Notes: generated from the sequence alone by a model not told the origin. 64,000 bases of DNA from Paraphysomonas bandaiensis (GCA_965644295.1 CBFFRP010000133.1:1-64000); one strand, 5' to 3'. Counted from the first letter of the stretch, positions 1 through 13,884 are shown. A program made the numbers and translations.

Positions 1-394
1 CATACATACATACATACATACATACATACATACATACATACATACATACATACATACATACATACATACATACATACATACATACATACATACATACATA
101 CATACATACATACATACATACATACATACATACATACATACATACATACATACATACATACATACATACATACATACATACATACATACATGCATACATA
201 CATACATACATACATACATACATACATACATACATACATACATGCATACATACATACATACATACATACATACATACATACATACATACATACATACATA
301 CATACATACATACATACATACATACATACATACATACATACATACATACATACATACATACATACATACATACATACATACATACATACATACA

Positions 395-428
<34 letters not shown>

Positions 429-602
429 CATACATACATACATACATACATACATACATACATACATACATACATACATACATACATACATACATACATA
501 CATACATACATACATACATACATACATACATACATACATACATACATACATGCATACATACATACATACATACATACATACATACATACATAGATACATA
601 CA

Positions 603-636
<34 letters not shown>

Positions 637-960
637 CATACATACATAAATACATACATACATACATACATACATACATACATACATACATACATACATA
701 CATACATACATACATACATACATACATACATACATACATACATACATACATACATACATACATACATACATACATACATACATACATACATACATACATA
801 CATACATACATACATACATACATACATACATACATACATACATACATACATACATACATACATACATACATACATACATACATACATACATACATACATA
901 CATACATACATACATACATACATACATACATACATACATACATACATACATACATACATA
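1..960. repeat. (CATA)n tetranucleotide microsatellite, running off the window start
   Basis: Near-perfect CATA array that ends about 100 bp upstream of the ATG at 1059. Confidence 0.99.
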
Positions 961-1058
961 GATCTCATTATCGAAACAGCACACATATAAGTCATGCTCC
1001 TATACCTCTCCTAATAAACTAAACTCTATCTCATGTCACCTACTCTCTAGCCCCTGTT

Positions 1059-2194
1059 ATGACATTCTCACTAGGCGGTTATGATATTAAATCAGCCGGT
1101 CTGGTTGGCTGTATATTATATACAATATTCTCAGTTATATGTATAATACGCATATGTATAGCTATAAACAATCATTTATATGATTTCAAGTTACTATTTC
1201 ACACTGTATTATATATAAATGGTATACTTGAATTTCTATACTTCTTCTGGTTACTTTTATATGACAGATATACGTTAGTTGGATATTGTTTTCATTTATG
1301 TGCACTACTTGTGAATGTTATTGCATTTGCTATTATAGCGCATCATTGGAACTCTGCTATTGCGTATCGTAATGATAATAGACGTTCAGTGTATGTGCTT
1401 TTGTCATTTATTGGTCTGAATGTTGTCTTTACAGTAGTTGGTGTTGGGTACCTATGTAAGACTTCATCCTTACTGTGAATATTATCTGATATATATAACA
1501 GGTGTAGAGGGAAGCTATGACGACTATGTGAATAACAGTTGGGCGTATATGAGTATTGTCTTGGTGAACGGGTTCTCAATTTTTCTGCTCTCTTGCGGTT
1601 TGCTACTATATGGTAATATTGTACGTCGAAAGCTCGCCCTGTCACTTCGCAGCCCTCTTGCCAATCCTGCAGACAACAATCATAAGCTTCACGTACTTCG
1701 CCGGATTCGCACAATATTAGGCCTATGTTCGGTGTGTTTCTTTTTAAGAGTAGTTTGTATGGCGGCAGTGTTGTCTGACTTTTCCAATAATGAGACACTG
1801 ACAGATCAAGTGCCGTTGATCTCGTGGTTTCTTTTGTCATCATGGATTCCTACTCTTGGTCCGGTAAGCTTCTTGTCTTGTTCTATTATTTACGACAAAG
1901 TTGAAGAACCCTTATATTTTGTAGGGTTTCACTTTGCTGTATGTCATGCGGCCAAAGGCTTCACATCCGCTGGAGGACAAAGATGCGTACTATCCGGTGC
2001 GTAGACAAAGACAGTTGTATTCTAGTAGCTCGGACGGGTGTGACACAGACTCTGGTGTGTCGGCACAAGATGTGGTGATGCATCCCTCCACTGTTAGCCC
2101 TGGAGAAGGGTTGGCGATTAGATATGACGACTTCTCTGCCGATAATAGATTCATATACTCCGATGATTACGACTTAGAGCATGAGTATAATTGA
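1059..2194 (+). CDS. Multi-pass membrane protein, THH1/TOM1- or GPR137-like; 3 exons
   Basis: Exons 1059-1455, 1502-1863 and 1925-2194 join in frame through GT-AG introns of 46 and 61 nt; several hydrophobic helices and an acidic Ser-rich tail. Confidence 0.75.
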
Positions 2195-2419
2195 TGGATA
2201 GTGCTTCCTAGTCGGTTTTCTGATTTTTTGCCGGCGTATCTGTTGTAGCGAGATATATAAATGTGCATATAGCTAATGGTGTTGTAACTTGTATAAATAT
2301 ATATTAAAGGTAGTAGTATGTTTAAATTCGTATCCTGCACGTGGAATAAATAATAAATTCGGGTCGCAGTATTGTCAATTCAAGTGCAAAGTGCTCGACA
2401 AGCTTTCTCTTAGAGGCCG

Positions 2420-2513
2420 GTCATTTATTACTTTGGCTTTGTACTTACACCAAAAATAGTGTGACTACGTCGTAGGTAATTCCACCAATTTGACTGGGTT
2501 TAATAATAATTCC
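2420..2513. mobile_element. Degenerate right-end fragment of the Mutator-like MITE family at 42405-42789
   Basis: gtgtgactac...aattccaccaatttgactgggtttaataataattccc resembles the right TIR at about 42740-42789. Confidence 0.6.
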
Positions 2514-2691
2514 CAATTTACTTAGTATGGTACAGGGCACAGCAAGCTAGTATGACGAGAAATTTTATTCAGGCAACAAAGCAATACCAGCACTCATACA
2601 AATCTTCTACTTACACCATATCGACACTTACTTATAACATTTCCATATCGTAGTACTATCAGATATACTACACCGATTAAAAAACCCTTGT

Positions 2692-4086
2692 TTAAGACAC
2701 GGATTTTCGGTTTCTTATTTCAGTAGAAGATATGTCGCACCGAAACAAACTCTCTGGCATTCCCAGAAATTTCTGACACATGCACTTTGGCAGAGCAGCC
2801 TTCTCTAATAAGCTTTCACAAGTTGTAAACTCACCAGTCTTTTCCACCCGCCCGCCTACAACAACTTCAGGCATAGGGCTTTTATCACTCCCATGTTCCT
2901 CAGTGCCCAACATACCAGTCAATGTTGCTATCATTGTATCACGACAGTTGTCATAGTACTTCGTATCCAGCAGTCGGGAGAGGGTATCCGCCCCCATTAC
3001 AAACGTGCAATTGGGAAATAACTTAGACTTCGACGCAAAGAGCGGCTGGGATGTGATGCACAGGGCAACGTTTGTGAGTCCAGCTTGAGACAAAAGGGGA
3101 CTGTCAGCGATATCTCTCACTCTACGAGATATTTCCTCGACACTCAAAGGAGGTTTATCTGCATTGACAGCAGCAATCTCAAATACAACTGGGGGTGCGG
3201 TCGCTTTATCATCAGATGATGTATCTTGAGGACACGCGGCAGATAAAGCAGTTATGGCGGCTTGCACAAGTGCAATATGCCCTTCATGTAGTGGATTAAA
3301 GGAACCCGAGTACACTATTGTGCGGGGAGGAAGGGGTGCGTCTTCATAGAAAGCGAACTCACTACTCAGACCCCCGTCGCTATTTCCTATCCAGCCAGCA
3401 GGACGGCGGATGAAGAGTGACATCGTTGATCGACCTTCAATTATATCCGTGAGCACGGCCTCTGCAGGCTTTGGACGAGATGACATAACAATATTCTCGG
3501 TCGCAGGGGAGCCATCAATATGGGTAGAGGGAAGTAGATAGTCGCGAGGCAGTGGAGTACAATTAGCATAATGCGCAACGGCGTCCAGAATCAATCGGGA
3601 ACAGACATAATCTTCCTCGTCACGACTACGCTCACCCTTCTCCAGTACTAGTGACCACTCTGTCGACGAGCCTGATGAAGAGGCCGCTACATGACACCGG
3701 TGTAGCCCCCGCCTAGGCTGAAACGACACTAGCGCTGCTGTACATGCAACAGCAAACACATTGCTTGATGCAAGAGAATTAAAGTCCCTCGTCTCTGACA
3801 GTATATAGCCTATCGTCTGCTTGAGTGCAGCAGAGGCCATATGAATCGCCGTATCAGCAGAAGACGATTTTTTTGGTGAGAAATGCAAGAGTTCAATGTT
3901 AGCAGCACGGGAATAAGGAATAGATGCATGTAAGAGACTGTTTGAGGCGCCTGGAACTGTGAAGAGCCAGTACATGCACTGCGCCCCACCCCCTGTGCTT
4001 ACTACTGAGAGTTTGTTGCAAGGAGAGGAGGTGTAGATGGTAGAGAGAAAGTCGACAATAGAACTACGGGGAAGTAGCTGTTGCAT
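2692..4086 (-). CDS. CinA-like domain fused to a nucleotidyltransferase (NMN/NaMN adenylyltransferase-like), intronless
   Basis: N-terminal TGGG...VPGASNSLL...PYSR CinA-like motif; HxGH motif GSFNPLHEGH; GADT and C-terminal DISSTEIR signatures. Confidence 0.85.
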   Translation of the reverse strand: MQQLLPRSSIVDFLSTIYTSSPCNKLSVVSTGGGAQCMYWLFTVPGASNSLLHASIPYSRAANIELLHFSPKKSSSADTAIHMASAALKQTIGYILSETRDFNSLASSNVFAVACTAALVSFQPRRGLHRCHVAASSSGSSTEWSLVLEKGERSRDEEDYVCSRLILDAVAHYANCTPLPRDYLLPSTHIDGSPATENIVMSSRPKPAEAVLTDIIEGRSTMSLFIRRPAGWIGNSDGGLSSEFAFYEDAPLPPRTIVYSGSFNPLHEGHIALVQAAITALSAACPQDTSSDDKATAPPVVFEIAAVNADKPPLSVEEISRRVRDIADSPLLSQAGLTNVALCITSQPLFASKSKLFPNCTFVMGADTLSRLLDTKYYDNCRDTMIATLTGMLGTEEHGSDKSPMPEVVVGGRVEKTGEFTTCESLLEKAALPKCMCQKFLGMPESLFRCDISSTEIRNRKSVS

Positions 4087-4208
4087 GGTTGATAGTGGAA
4101 ATATATCTGTTCAGATTGTTATATACCCAACCTTCCTTTGCACATACATATAGAGCACCTACCTACCCCGACCCCCACCCACCAACATATCTATCCACAT
4201 ACATATAC

Positions 4209-4210
<2 letters not shown>

Positions 4211-4239
<29 letters not shown>

Positions 4240-4550
4240 CATACATACATACATACATACATACATACATACATACATACATACATACATACATACATAC
4301 ATACATACATACATACATACATACATACATACATACATACATACATACATACATACATACATACATAGATACATACATACATAGATACATACATACATAC
4401 ATACATACATACATACATACATACATACATACATACATACATACATACATACATACATACATACATACATACATACATACATACATACAGACATACATAC
4501 ATACATACATACATACATACATACCTACCTACCTACCTACATACATACAT
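4211..4550. repeat. (CATA)n microsatellite between divergent genes
   Basis: Direct reading of the sequence. Confidence 0.98.
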
Positions 4551-4844
4551 AAAGGACTACAATGTATCCTCACTCATCAGTTACATTGTCCACCCTGTAT
4601 GTGTGTATGTGTGTGTGTATGATATGCAGCAGCCAGGCTATGCATACATACATACATATACATGCATTTAAACATACTTCTCTCACTTCGCTCAGTTACT
4701 CTCATATATACTTCCTTATATATGAATATCACTGTAGAGATCCACATAACTCTCACTATATCACTCTATTAACAATATAGACCTAATTACATGTCTACAT
4801 AACCTCTCATCTTACTCTGACCGTTCCAATCCATCAATCTTCAT

Positions 4845-7800
4845 ATGGATAGTATAGACGACTATCCAGATTTGGATTTTAGTTCCAATATAGATGAGGA
4901 TTATGATACTGCAATGAATACAAAGAAATTTTATATTCCTGATGGAAATGATGAAGTGGGAATAGGTCGTAGTCGTCACTTTGTTTCTCATCCAACTGTA
5001 GTTCATTTTGGTGGTTTTACTGTTAATGAATATCATGAACAAACGATATCAGTCGTTAATTGTTCATCTCATAGTCAAAGACTCAGTATATTACCACCTA
5101 CAACAGATTATTATAAGGTTTATTATATATATGTTATCATATGAATGGAATTAATGTGATGTATAGATTACATTTACAAAATGTGGACTTTTGGCTCCTG
5201 GAATGTCTCAGAAAATTACTATTAAATTCAGACCACTTGAGTATAAGTACCATTATGATTGCATAAGAATCCACGCTGATGGACAGGATCTACTCATTCC
5301 TATTCACGGATACCCAGTTATCAATCAAGTAGACTTTCCGACACTTATTTCTTTTGGGGATTCTCCTCTTTGTGAACCTGCTCAAAAGGTGCGCCGAGAT
5401 GTAATTGTATGCTGTACTCGTTCTGATCTATACACTGTACAGACAATAAAGCTTCGCTGCTCAATTCCGATCAACTTTTCCTTTAGTATAGAGATCATTC
5501 AACCTCATCCGTACTTTACTATAAAACCTGTAAAAGGTGTTGTTCCTGCCAATGGTTCGGTTGGCATCACTATCACCTTCAATCCTATTACCCTCGGCAC
5601 CTGCACCACTGTGGTGCGGCTCTTTCTTGCCCAACACAACTTTAAACCAATCGAGGCTGTCATCAATGCACGGGCTGTGTCGGGGATTCTAGAGGAGAAG
5701 GCTATTCGTGAGGTAGAGGCGCGATTAACACAAACAATGATGACAAAAGGACGAGCATTAGCAGAGACACTTGGGAAGAGCTCCTTCAAGCAAACGAGCT
5801 CAATACAATCGCCAGAAACCACTGAAGAACGGCCAGAAGGAAATGAGACAATCTCCACCCTTCCGTACCCTCCAAGAGAAAAGAAAAAGTCACACTCCAT
5901 GCGAAACCGAATTGATCCCGTTGCAACTGTACTAAAGAAGACTTTTGGTGCGAATGACCTCGATTCCGCTTTATCAGGGGCTCTTATGGACCAATCGCTA
6001 CTGACCAACAGAGTTCCCACAATGATAGAATCTGGCCCAATGAATGGCACGAAAAAGGTGGTGGGAGATAAAAAGGCTCTACAGAAAGTGCACCCCCGTG
6101 GAATCGGCTCAGGAAATGTGTTTGACGCGGGTGCAGAGTATATTGCGGAACACAACCGTCAGCTTGCAGAGCGAACTGGCTCGGTTAAAACTGTGAAGAG
6201 CACTGCAACAGATGGAGCAGCGGAAAACGAAAAAGTCTTAGACGGGCTTAGGATACCCGATAAATTAAATTCGACTGCCTCTGTAAACTTTGTTTTGACC
6301 CAAGAGGTAGGCAAACTGAAACCTAAAGATCTCAAGATAGCTATTGAGAAAAATCGTGAGGAGCGCCGTAAACAAGAAGAGGAGCAGCAGCGAATTCGTG
6401 AGGAAGGAGGAGGGGGTGAGGCAGGAGGGGCCCTTGATTTGAGAGCTGTGTTAGCGGACGAGAAACTTAATAGTGAGCCTGGGGACGCTTTCAAACGACA
6501 ACTACGAGAGATGGCCTTCCTAGCTGATGTAGATGAAGTTAAGAAAATGGAAGTCGAGAAGACTTTTCGTGTTTCTGAGGAGTTTATTGGGGCATCTATG
6601 CTATCTCAGGATGACATCAAGGTTGTAATGGATCAGAGGAAGGCTAACTACAGACATAGGAAGCGAGCTGAGTGGCGAAACTCTCAGTCACGTATGCACA
6701 CGAAACTCTTTATTGCGGCCAGTGAGGAGGCTAGAGCTGGAGCTCCTACGAAATTTACTTATGCAGACGGGGAGTTGCCGGCCCATCCAAAGTCATTTGA
6801 CACTAACAAGAATGATATATGGGGGAAACGCATGAACACTTTACGTCGCTTGGTTGGGTTTGTGAGTAAGTGGATAATTCAGCGGCGTGTAATGAGGCGA
6901 TTGGAAAAATTCAGAACGTGCTTAAAAAATGCTGGAGTGGTTGACGCAGCAACGATGAAAGAGTTCGTCGAGATGGAGAGCAGCGACACACATCGACCGG
7001 ACGTGGCTGCCCCCACGGGACTTGAGGCCCCATTAACTGAATCACTTTCTGGGGTAGATACGGACGCGGAACCTCAATCACTGTCTGTTCTTGTCTGTTC
7101 TATGCCCAACCAATCCCTGGTTAGGCGAGCTGCCGCCGAATCGGCCATGATGGATGGCTTTAATTTCAATTCTAACATGGCCCGACGCGTGTTATTTCCG
7201 AAATTTGTTGCAGACGAGGTGTCAACTCGTAAAAAGATGGAGTCAGTTCCTATTGACGACCCTATAGGTTTCGACGACCGCACTTTTTTTCCGCTTAAGA
7301 CCCGGGCAGAGTACGTCGATATGGAGTATGGCAAGGAAGCCGTACCGAACTCTCCACTTTATTTCTTACCTGTAGCGAGTACTCAAATGTCACATCTGTT
7401 TGGCGCTACAGAAGAACAATCGGTTCGTCCTCCTGCTGGAGGACTGTACACACCAGAGGACATTAAAACTCTATTAGCGGGAGGTAGTGATGGGATATTC
7501 GGAGCACCTGAGTTTCCACTCCCACCGGCGCAGCCAGAACATAAGCCAGAAGAAACACATGGATCAGTGCGATTTGATTCTTCCGTTACCGGCGGTGAAA
7601 TCTCCAGTGAGACAGCTGATTTAGTAATGGAATCAGATCTGGTCACATGTCCTGCGTGGATGACAGATACGAGACACAAAAACCAGAATGCATTATATTC
7701 CGAGCCGTCTGCAGATCGGGATGTGTTCCGCACAAGACCGGAGTTCCGCACTTATATCCCACACGTTATGACTAAAGAAACGGACCCTGATTGGGTTCTT

Positions 7801-8748
7801 CGTGCTGGCAACACCAAGCTAGAGTTTGATAAAGACAACAGCCTCAGGGCGAAGTACGTATACCCTTACTAAGTTTACGTCTTGCGATTAATCGTGTGTT
7901 TCTTGCTCAGGTTACTTGACATCCCAGGATTTGAGTCTGCTCACACTTACTTGTTGGCATCATATTCGAGTCGTATTGGGGATCCGTTTCCACCACCTGG
8001 TCCAACCCTGACTGATTTCTATATGCCGGATACCGATCGTCATGGGTCGGGGTTATTCTGTATGTCCAATGACCACCAGCGTGCTCTTACAGAGGAAGAC
8101 CATGACGTTCGCCCTTTACAGAATCGGCTCGCTCGAGAGGACTGCTTGACAGACAGTGAGAGTGATGAAGAAGAGAGCTATCATATACCACCCCCAAGTA
8201 TGGATCTAGTTAAACAGGTCCTACGTCCCCCAACCCCGCCACCTGCTGAAGAAGTGAATAGTGCTCCTGAGAAAGGAAAGAAAGGAAAAAAGAATGAACC
8301 AACTTCAGTCTCAGCTGCTGCTGCTAATTCAGACGTCCCTCCTTCTCCCTCCAAAACTATAGGAGGAGATACATATTCTGCGTTGGATGAAGCTGATCGT
8401 CGGGTCGATCAAGTGGAGCTTATGAGAGACAGGAAAACCCTTGAATATGAAGCTTACATGAAGAAGTGTCACCAACAAAAGGTGGACAACTTTACAGAGA
8501 GGTACAGTTGATATTGATAAAGAAGTTGGTTACTATAACATTTGAATTACAGACTGATACAGATATCCGAGGCCTCCACATGTCCCCTTCAAAGTTTGCC
8601 TGTGCAGTTGCCGCTACACCAATATGAAGAAGAAATGCTATCTGTGTTGGAGGAACAGGTACCACCGCTATCGAATAGCTATATCGAGCAGGGTTTGAAC
8701 ACGTCTTTGGGCTCACCTAGTAGATTCGGCTTAAGCACATTTAATTGA
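4845..8748 (+). CDS. CFAP221: Cilia- and flagella-associated protein 221 (PCDP1) homolog; 5 exons
   Basis: VHFGGF...ILPPTT...GLLAPGMSQKITIKF.P.EYKYHYDCIRIH...LLIPIHGYPV Ig-like N-terminus typical of PCDP1; introns 5118-5166, 5389-5442, 7854-7910 and 8502-8552 keep the frame. Confidence 0.85.
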
Positions 8749-9699
8749 TATTTAGATCCTATTGCGTAATGTGTCAACGGGTCGGAATCTGAACTTTAGT
8801 GTGTATGGACTAACGGCATCTGCATGTAGTATGTTAATAAAATGGTATTTGTGTTGTGATAGTAGATAATTATTAATAGTGTCAGGATTTTGCACTTGAC
8901 ATATTAGGAACACATCAGCAAGAATGACTAGACTACAACAGCAAATCTCACCTCACTATTTCCTTTGTAGTGGTCTATTTACATATTGTGTATTTACCTG
9001 GAACATTAATGTGGTTTATTTTATCGTGCTATATCATGCAAGTGGGATGGCTTCAATAAAGAATTGATCTTTATAATAGTGAAACAATGTTGTGATTATT
9101 AGAGTGTAAGTAATGAACACGATGGAGTGAAAATTATGAATAACAATATAGAACGTAGCTATCATGCACAACGGAATAGTTAGAAGTGTAACTGATAATG
9201 ACGACGTTATGATGACGATCACGTATCTTCGACAGATACTCTCTCTAATTCAGTTCATGGTATATTTCATTGAACATTATAGCTCACAGATACAATAATG
9301 TATTAAGCTGAATCCTAATAACTTCAAAAAAAATCGCAATCAATAGAATTATGAGCATATGTTATTTACTCAGTTAATAATATATTATAACTTATAACTT
9401 CTTAAATACAAGCTTGAGTAATAAATGTATTTAATTTAGTATCATCTCTTGTCTGAATTTCAAAACTTAGACTTTTCACTTTTCGCTCTCGCTTCAAAAC
9501 ATTGAGCGCGGGACGATATATAGCTTCCTTACCCCTTATAACCCGTGGTAAAATATAACTATATTTCATAGTATATCTACATATTCACTTAGTCCTTCCC
9601 TCAAAATACGCTGTCAAAATTGCAGTGTTAATGTATCAATATAAAAATATTTTGCCATTAAACTATATAAAATATATAGAATCTCTTTGTCACTTGTTG

Positions 9700-10050
9700 G
9701 GTAAGAGGTACGAAATTGTATGGAGTATCCCTCAACAGAGTTGGACTCGTTCCTTTTCTTGGTGTTCTGGGGGATAAGTAACGGAGAGATTTCTTTGGGA
9801 AAATAATAAAGCGAGAGATAGCGTTCTGCTCACGCATAGCCTAAATATACAAGGACACTAATTTATAGGTGTCACTTGTGTAGACGTATTTAGACCCTGA
9901 CAAATAAACAGGTATCCGGGAATGGGCCCACCTACTGAGGTCAAACATCCGGACTGTTCACCTTAAGGACTCAAAATTCTTAAGTCAGCAGAGATGCCAG
10001 GTATATCAACATTGTGCTTGCTCATTGTGTTTGCTTTTTGAGGGATAGAG
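9700..10050. repeat. Degenerate dispersed repeat; a second copy lies at about 40960-41290
   Basis: Shared blocks ggactcg..cctttt..tggtgttctgggg.ataagt, gtgtcacttgtgtagacgt, atccgggaatgggcccacct and catccggactgt. Confidence 0.7.
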
Positions 10051-10120
10051 CAAGAGTGGTTGCACCTTGTGCTTGCGGTGTACCTTCAACTGTTTAGTAC
10101 AATTATATTTTATATATAAA

Positions 10121-11000
10121 GTCGAGGTAAATTAATACCAAAATCTGGTAAAGCGATTTCACCAGGTTTCATATATATCTAAGTATAGAGTTATTATTTT
10201 ACTGTGATTTGTATCTGAGAGGTTAAAGATAAAGAAAAAGTTGCAAGTATAGTTGTTATTACTAGCAGTATTTATTGCGTTACCAATTGGCCCTGCTACT
10301 TGTGTTTTGTACTATCATATTCTCATATATATAGCTACATTTGCCTCTCTTGAGATTGCAAACGCTCCAACCGAAGAGCCTGATTTTGGATACATTGCAT
10401 ACGCATATTATAGCTATCTTCACCACTACTACTTACAGTAGTATTAGTACCTATGCTCGGAGACGACACGGCAACAGCCGTAGGGGGCACATTTTACAAG
10501 CAGGTGGAGGATCATCCGCAGATAGTGGATCATCATTTCTTTTCATTTCACCAGGTTTTGGTATTACCTCGACTTATAATATATAACATATTGAATGTCA
10601 TCTTTTTGTCAAGAAGCTACTAAATTGAAGTAATCTAATAAATAGCAATGCTAATAAATTCCCGAACAACGTCAAGACACTTATTTGTGTCCCATGTTGC
10701 ACCACACAAGCCTTAGGTTATGAATGAGTAGAATATTACCTGCTACTAGCTACATATAGTCGGATATCAGAGTTAAGCGCTATAGGTAGTTAATAAATTG
10801 TTTTATTACATTAGTTCTGACTCTTACACCCCTCTTTTGCAAATAATCAGACATTCACTATTTTCCTTTTAAACTTTATCACCGTTTATATGCAAGAAAG
10901 TCAAATGTAAACGCTACAAAAATATCTACTTTCATATCAAAAGTCGATGTAATACCAAAACCTGGTGAAATCTCAGATACCAATTACAGTAAAATAATAA
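10121..11000. repeat. Mosaic inverted-repeat (foldback/MITE-like) relic
   Basis: 10545-10573 is the reverse complement of 10943-10971 (28/29 match); 10191-10219 is inverted at 10972-11000; 10121-10152 is a further inverted partner of 10545-10573. Confidence 0.7.
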
Positions 11001-11653
11001 TTTCGGAGTGTATTAATTCGATGTAGATAACTTTTGTGTTTAGCTTCGCGTTGCTGTCGAAGGCTTCGTAATCATGATTAGGTGTAATAAAGGCTTTATA
11101 TTGATGAGAAGCTCATAAGGCTTTAAGTTGTATAGTACACTATGAAGGGTTTTGGTGATGACTTTATTCAATGAGGAAATGTTTCTTTATTTTACATCAG
11201 ACTTTTACAGTGAATTCACGATTCATGATATATTCTGTGTAGCATTTATATAAAATGCACCAATAGTACATGTGTGTACTGATTTTTTATTTACGCTATA
11301 ATATTGAATTAAATTGATAAGGATATCCCTACGTCTTTTAGCTTATAGCACCATCACTAGTTGATTAATAGATCCGATACGAGCGACAGCTAACAACCAT
11401 CAAACAAAGAGTATGACTAACGATAACATCCCACACGGAGAAGATCCAAACTCCACAGTAATCCCGTATATCGTGGAAACAGTTGTTTGTATGTAGATAT
11501 ATATTCAAGTAATCACTCTGGGTCTCGCGTTAAGAGCATAGTCATGTTTAAATTTCGAAAAGTGGGGCCCAGTTACTGGTCTGCCATAAAAAATTAGGCC
11601 AGTACAACATATCGAGACAAAGGTATGACTATATAATCAACACAGCCAGTTAC

Positions 11654-13884
11654 TCACCGACTCAAAGTCAAAGATGCTGTCATGCACCTAGATCCTCCAG
11701 GTGATCCCGTCTCCCGAAAAGAATCTCTGGAAGTTCCAGGCCGACCAGTTCTGGGAGTCGCTGAGGTCATTCTCAGTCGATGTGTTATTCTGCTATTCAC
11801 CAGTGGGTCAGTCATAATAGTGCGTAATATGTCTCTGTTCATGCTCTCTTCCACTGGTGTCATTGCCGGCTCACTATCTGCACGAGACATTTGATTTAAC
11901 AGGGTTTCCCCGTATGATACCCGCTGCTTATGATCGTTACGTTTCTTTTCCAGCATTGACTTCTCATACTTCACTGCTTCGACCCGTATCTTTTTTCCTA
12001 GCTCCAGCTCATTGCGTCGAGCCTCTAACGCTCGCCTCTCATTATCCTCCAACAGTGCTTTGTTTTCTTTCCGAAGTCGTTCTTGTAACTCATGTTTTTC
12101 TCTAAACTCTTTTTCTTCTCGAAGGCGCCAATTTTCTTCAATTTCCTCGTGCTCCGCTCGAACTTTTTGATCGAACTTGATCTCATCTTCATCTGTGATC
12201 TGCCCTAAGGGACCCTCGTGAGCCCACTTGAAGAGCTTTTCAATTCTATCCATTCGTGCATCAAAGGCCTCCTTCTTCGCTCTGTCATAGGCATCCGCTC
12301 TCTCGTGAAATTCTTTTGCGATTCGTATCTCTTCGGCTAATTGTTCTTTCCTCCTATTCATTTTCTTCCTCATCGCCTCGTCACCCTCAGCGAACTGTTT
12401 CATGCATGCCTCCAGCTCTTGCATACGTTGCTCTTGAAGTTGCCGCTCCTCCTCGGCCTCATCCTGGGCAAGCAGTTCAGCCTCAATCTTAGCTTCAATT
12501 TTCTCCAGTTCCTTCTCTCTTTTAATGGCCAGAGCTTTATTTTCCATCTGCAACACAAATAATACCACTTTATGACCACATCAATAAAACAATCAAGAAC
12601 ACTTTCGACACTGTTTCACCACAACTTCGAGAATAATACAGGTGATACTACTATCTAAAGCACCATTAGCAATAGCAGTGAAACAGCACTCAACTCTATA
12701 ATTCATACTGTGGTTAAAATTTCAACATACCTGCTGCTCCCACGATTTCCTTGTTTCTGCTTCTTTCTCGTGCTTTTTCAGCAAAGACTCTGCAGTTGCT
12801 TTCTTAAACTCTTCGTAGTCCCGCTTCATTTTTTCATGAAATTCCTTCTCTCTCTGCCTTTCTCGCTCCTTCAAACGTTGCGCCTCTTCAACTTGCTCAG
12901 CAAGAGTACTTGCGAGCTCCTTTTTCAACTGAGACTTCTTTTTCTTCTCCGACTCGACTTGATTGTCATACATCATAGTCTTGTACAGTTGTACAGCCTC
13001 CCACTCACGACCAGTCGGAATAGGAGTCAAATATTGGGCACCCCGCACTGAAGGAGGCTCTTCAGAATAAGGAAAATCAGAGCGGCCGGTGAGTTCTGCC
13101 TGCCGGTGACTGACCTGTCAATAATATCACTCACAAAAGATGTATTTTCCCCGCAGAATTAGCATTGATAGTCAGAGAAACAATGATATGTACGTCAAGC
13201 TTCGATCATCAAAGAAACACAGGCGGAACACGTAACTCACAACGTCAATTACCTTGTCCATTCGAAGTGGTGGTGGGTGGGAGCTAGTGTTCTGGTTATT
13301 GTTAATGTGTGGTTCTTGTGGTCTTGCACTACCCCTCGCTGATGAACATGTACTCTCCCTTCCTGTGAGTATAGTCTCATTATCACCATCATTCAAAATA
13401 GCTTTCTCAAGCGCTTCCTCATCTTCCGCCGAAACCTTGCCATCCCGACGTTCACCCAACAGAATACCAACATGCTTCACAATTCGGCGCTTCAAGCGTC
13501 TGTAAAAGACACTCTGTGAGAGAATCATAACTATCATGCAAAAACTTACGGGCCAAACTTATTCGTAAGCTTTTGTATAAGAAATTCTCTCATACAACTT
13601 CGTGCAATTCTTTGATCTTCTCTCTGTTTAATTTGCATAGCCGTTTCTTTACAATGAGACTATCATATCAAGCATTAATGTGAATAGTAGAATAATATAA
13701 TGCATTATTTGTTTACGTTTAAATAGTTTGTATGTTCACGTATGGATCCCACTGATTGTTTACGACGAGGAACACTGCCTGGTGATGATGATGATGAGTT
13801 CAGTTTAGGATAACGTAATCCATTTGATGATGTAAGTTTTGCACGTCCAGATGTGATTTGTAAATCACTTATAGATGATAACAT
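11654..13884 (-). CDS. Long charged coiled-coil protein, trichohyalin-plectin-homology-like, possibly axonemal; 5 exons
   Basis: Exons 13884-13717, 13659-13550, 13499-13253, 13114-12731 and 12548-11654 splice in frame through canonical GT-AG introns; E/K/R/Q-rich helices. Confidence 0.75.

Noticed and set aside
1-960. Terminal repeat interpreted as a telomere
   Set aside because: The same repeat recurs internally at many promoters and lacks a G-rich telomeric unit; the window edge is probably arbitrary
190-990. HTYI/MYVC-repeat ORFs here and at about 4.1-4.6, 33.0-33.3, 38.5-39.1, 55.3-56.3 and 61.4-61.9 kb
   Set aside because: Artefacts of translating stop-free (CATA)n/(TATG)n microsatellites
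5505-7751. Antisense ORFs within CFAP221 and similar shadow ORFs in other genes
   Set aside because: Expected opposite long coding exons; no recognisable motifs
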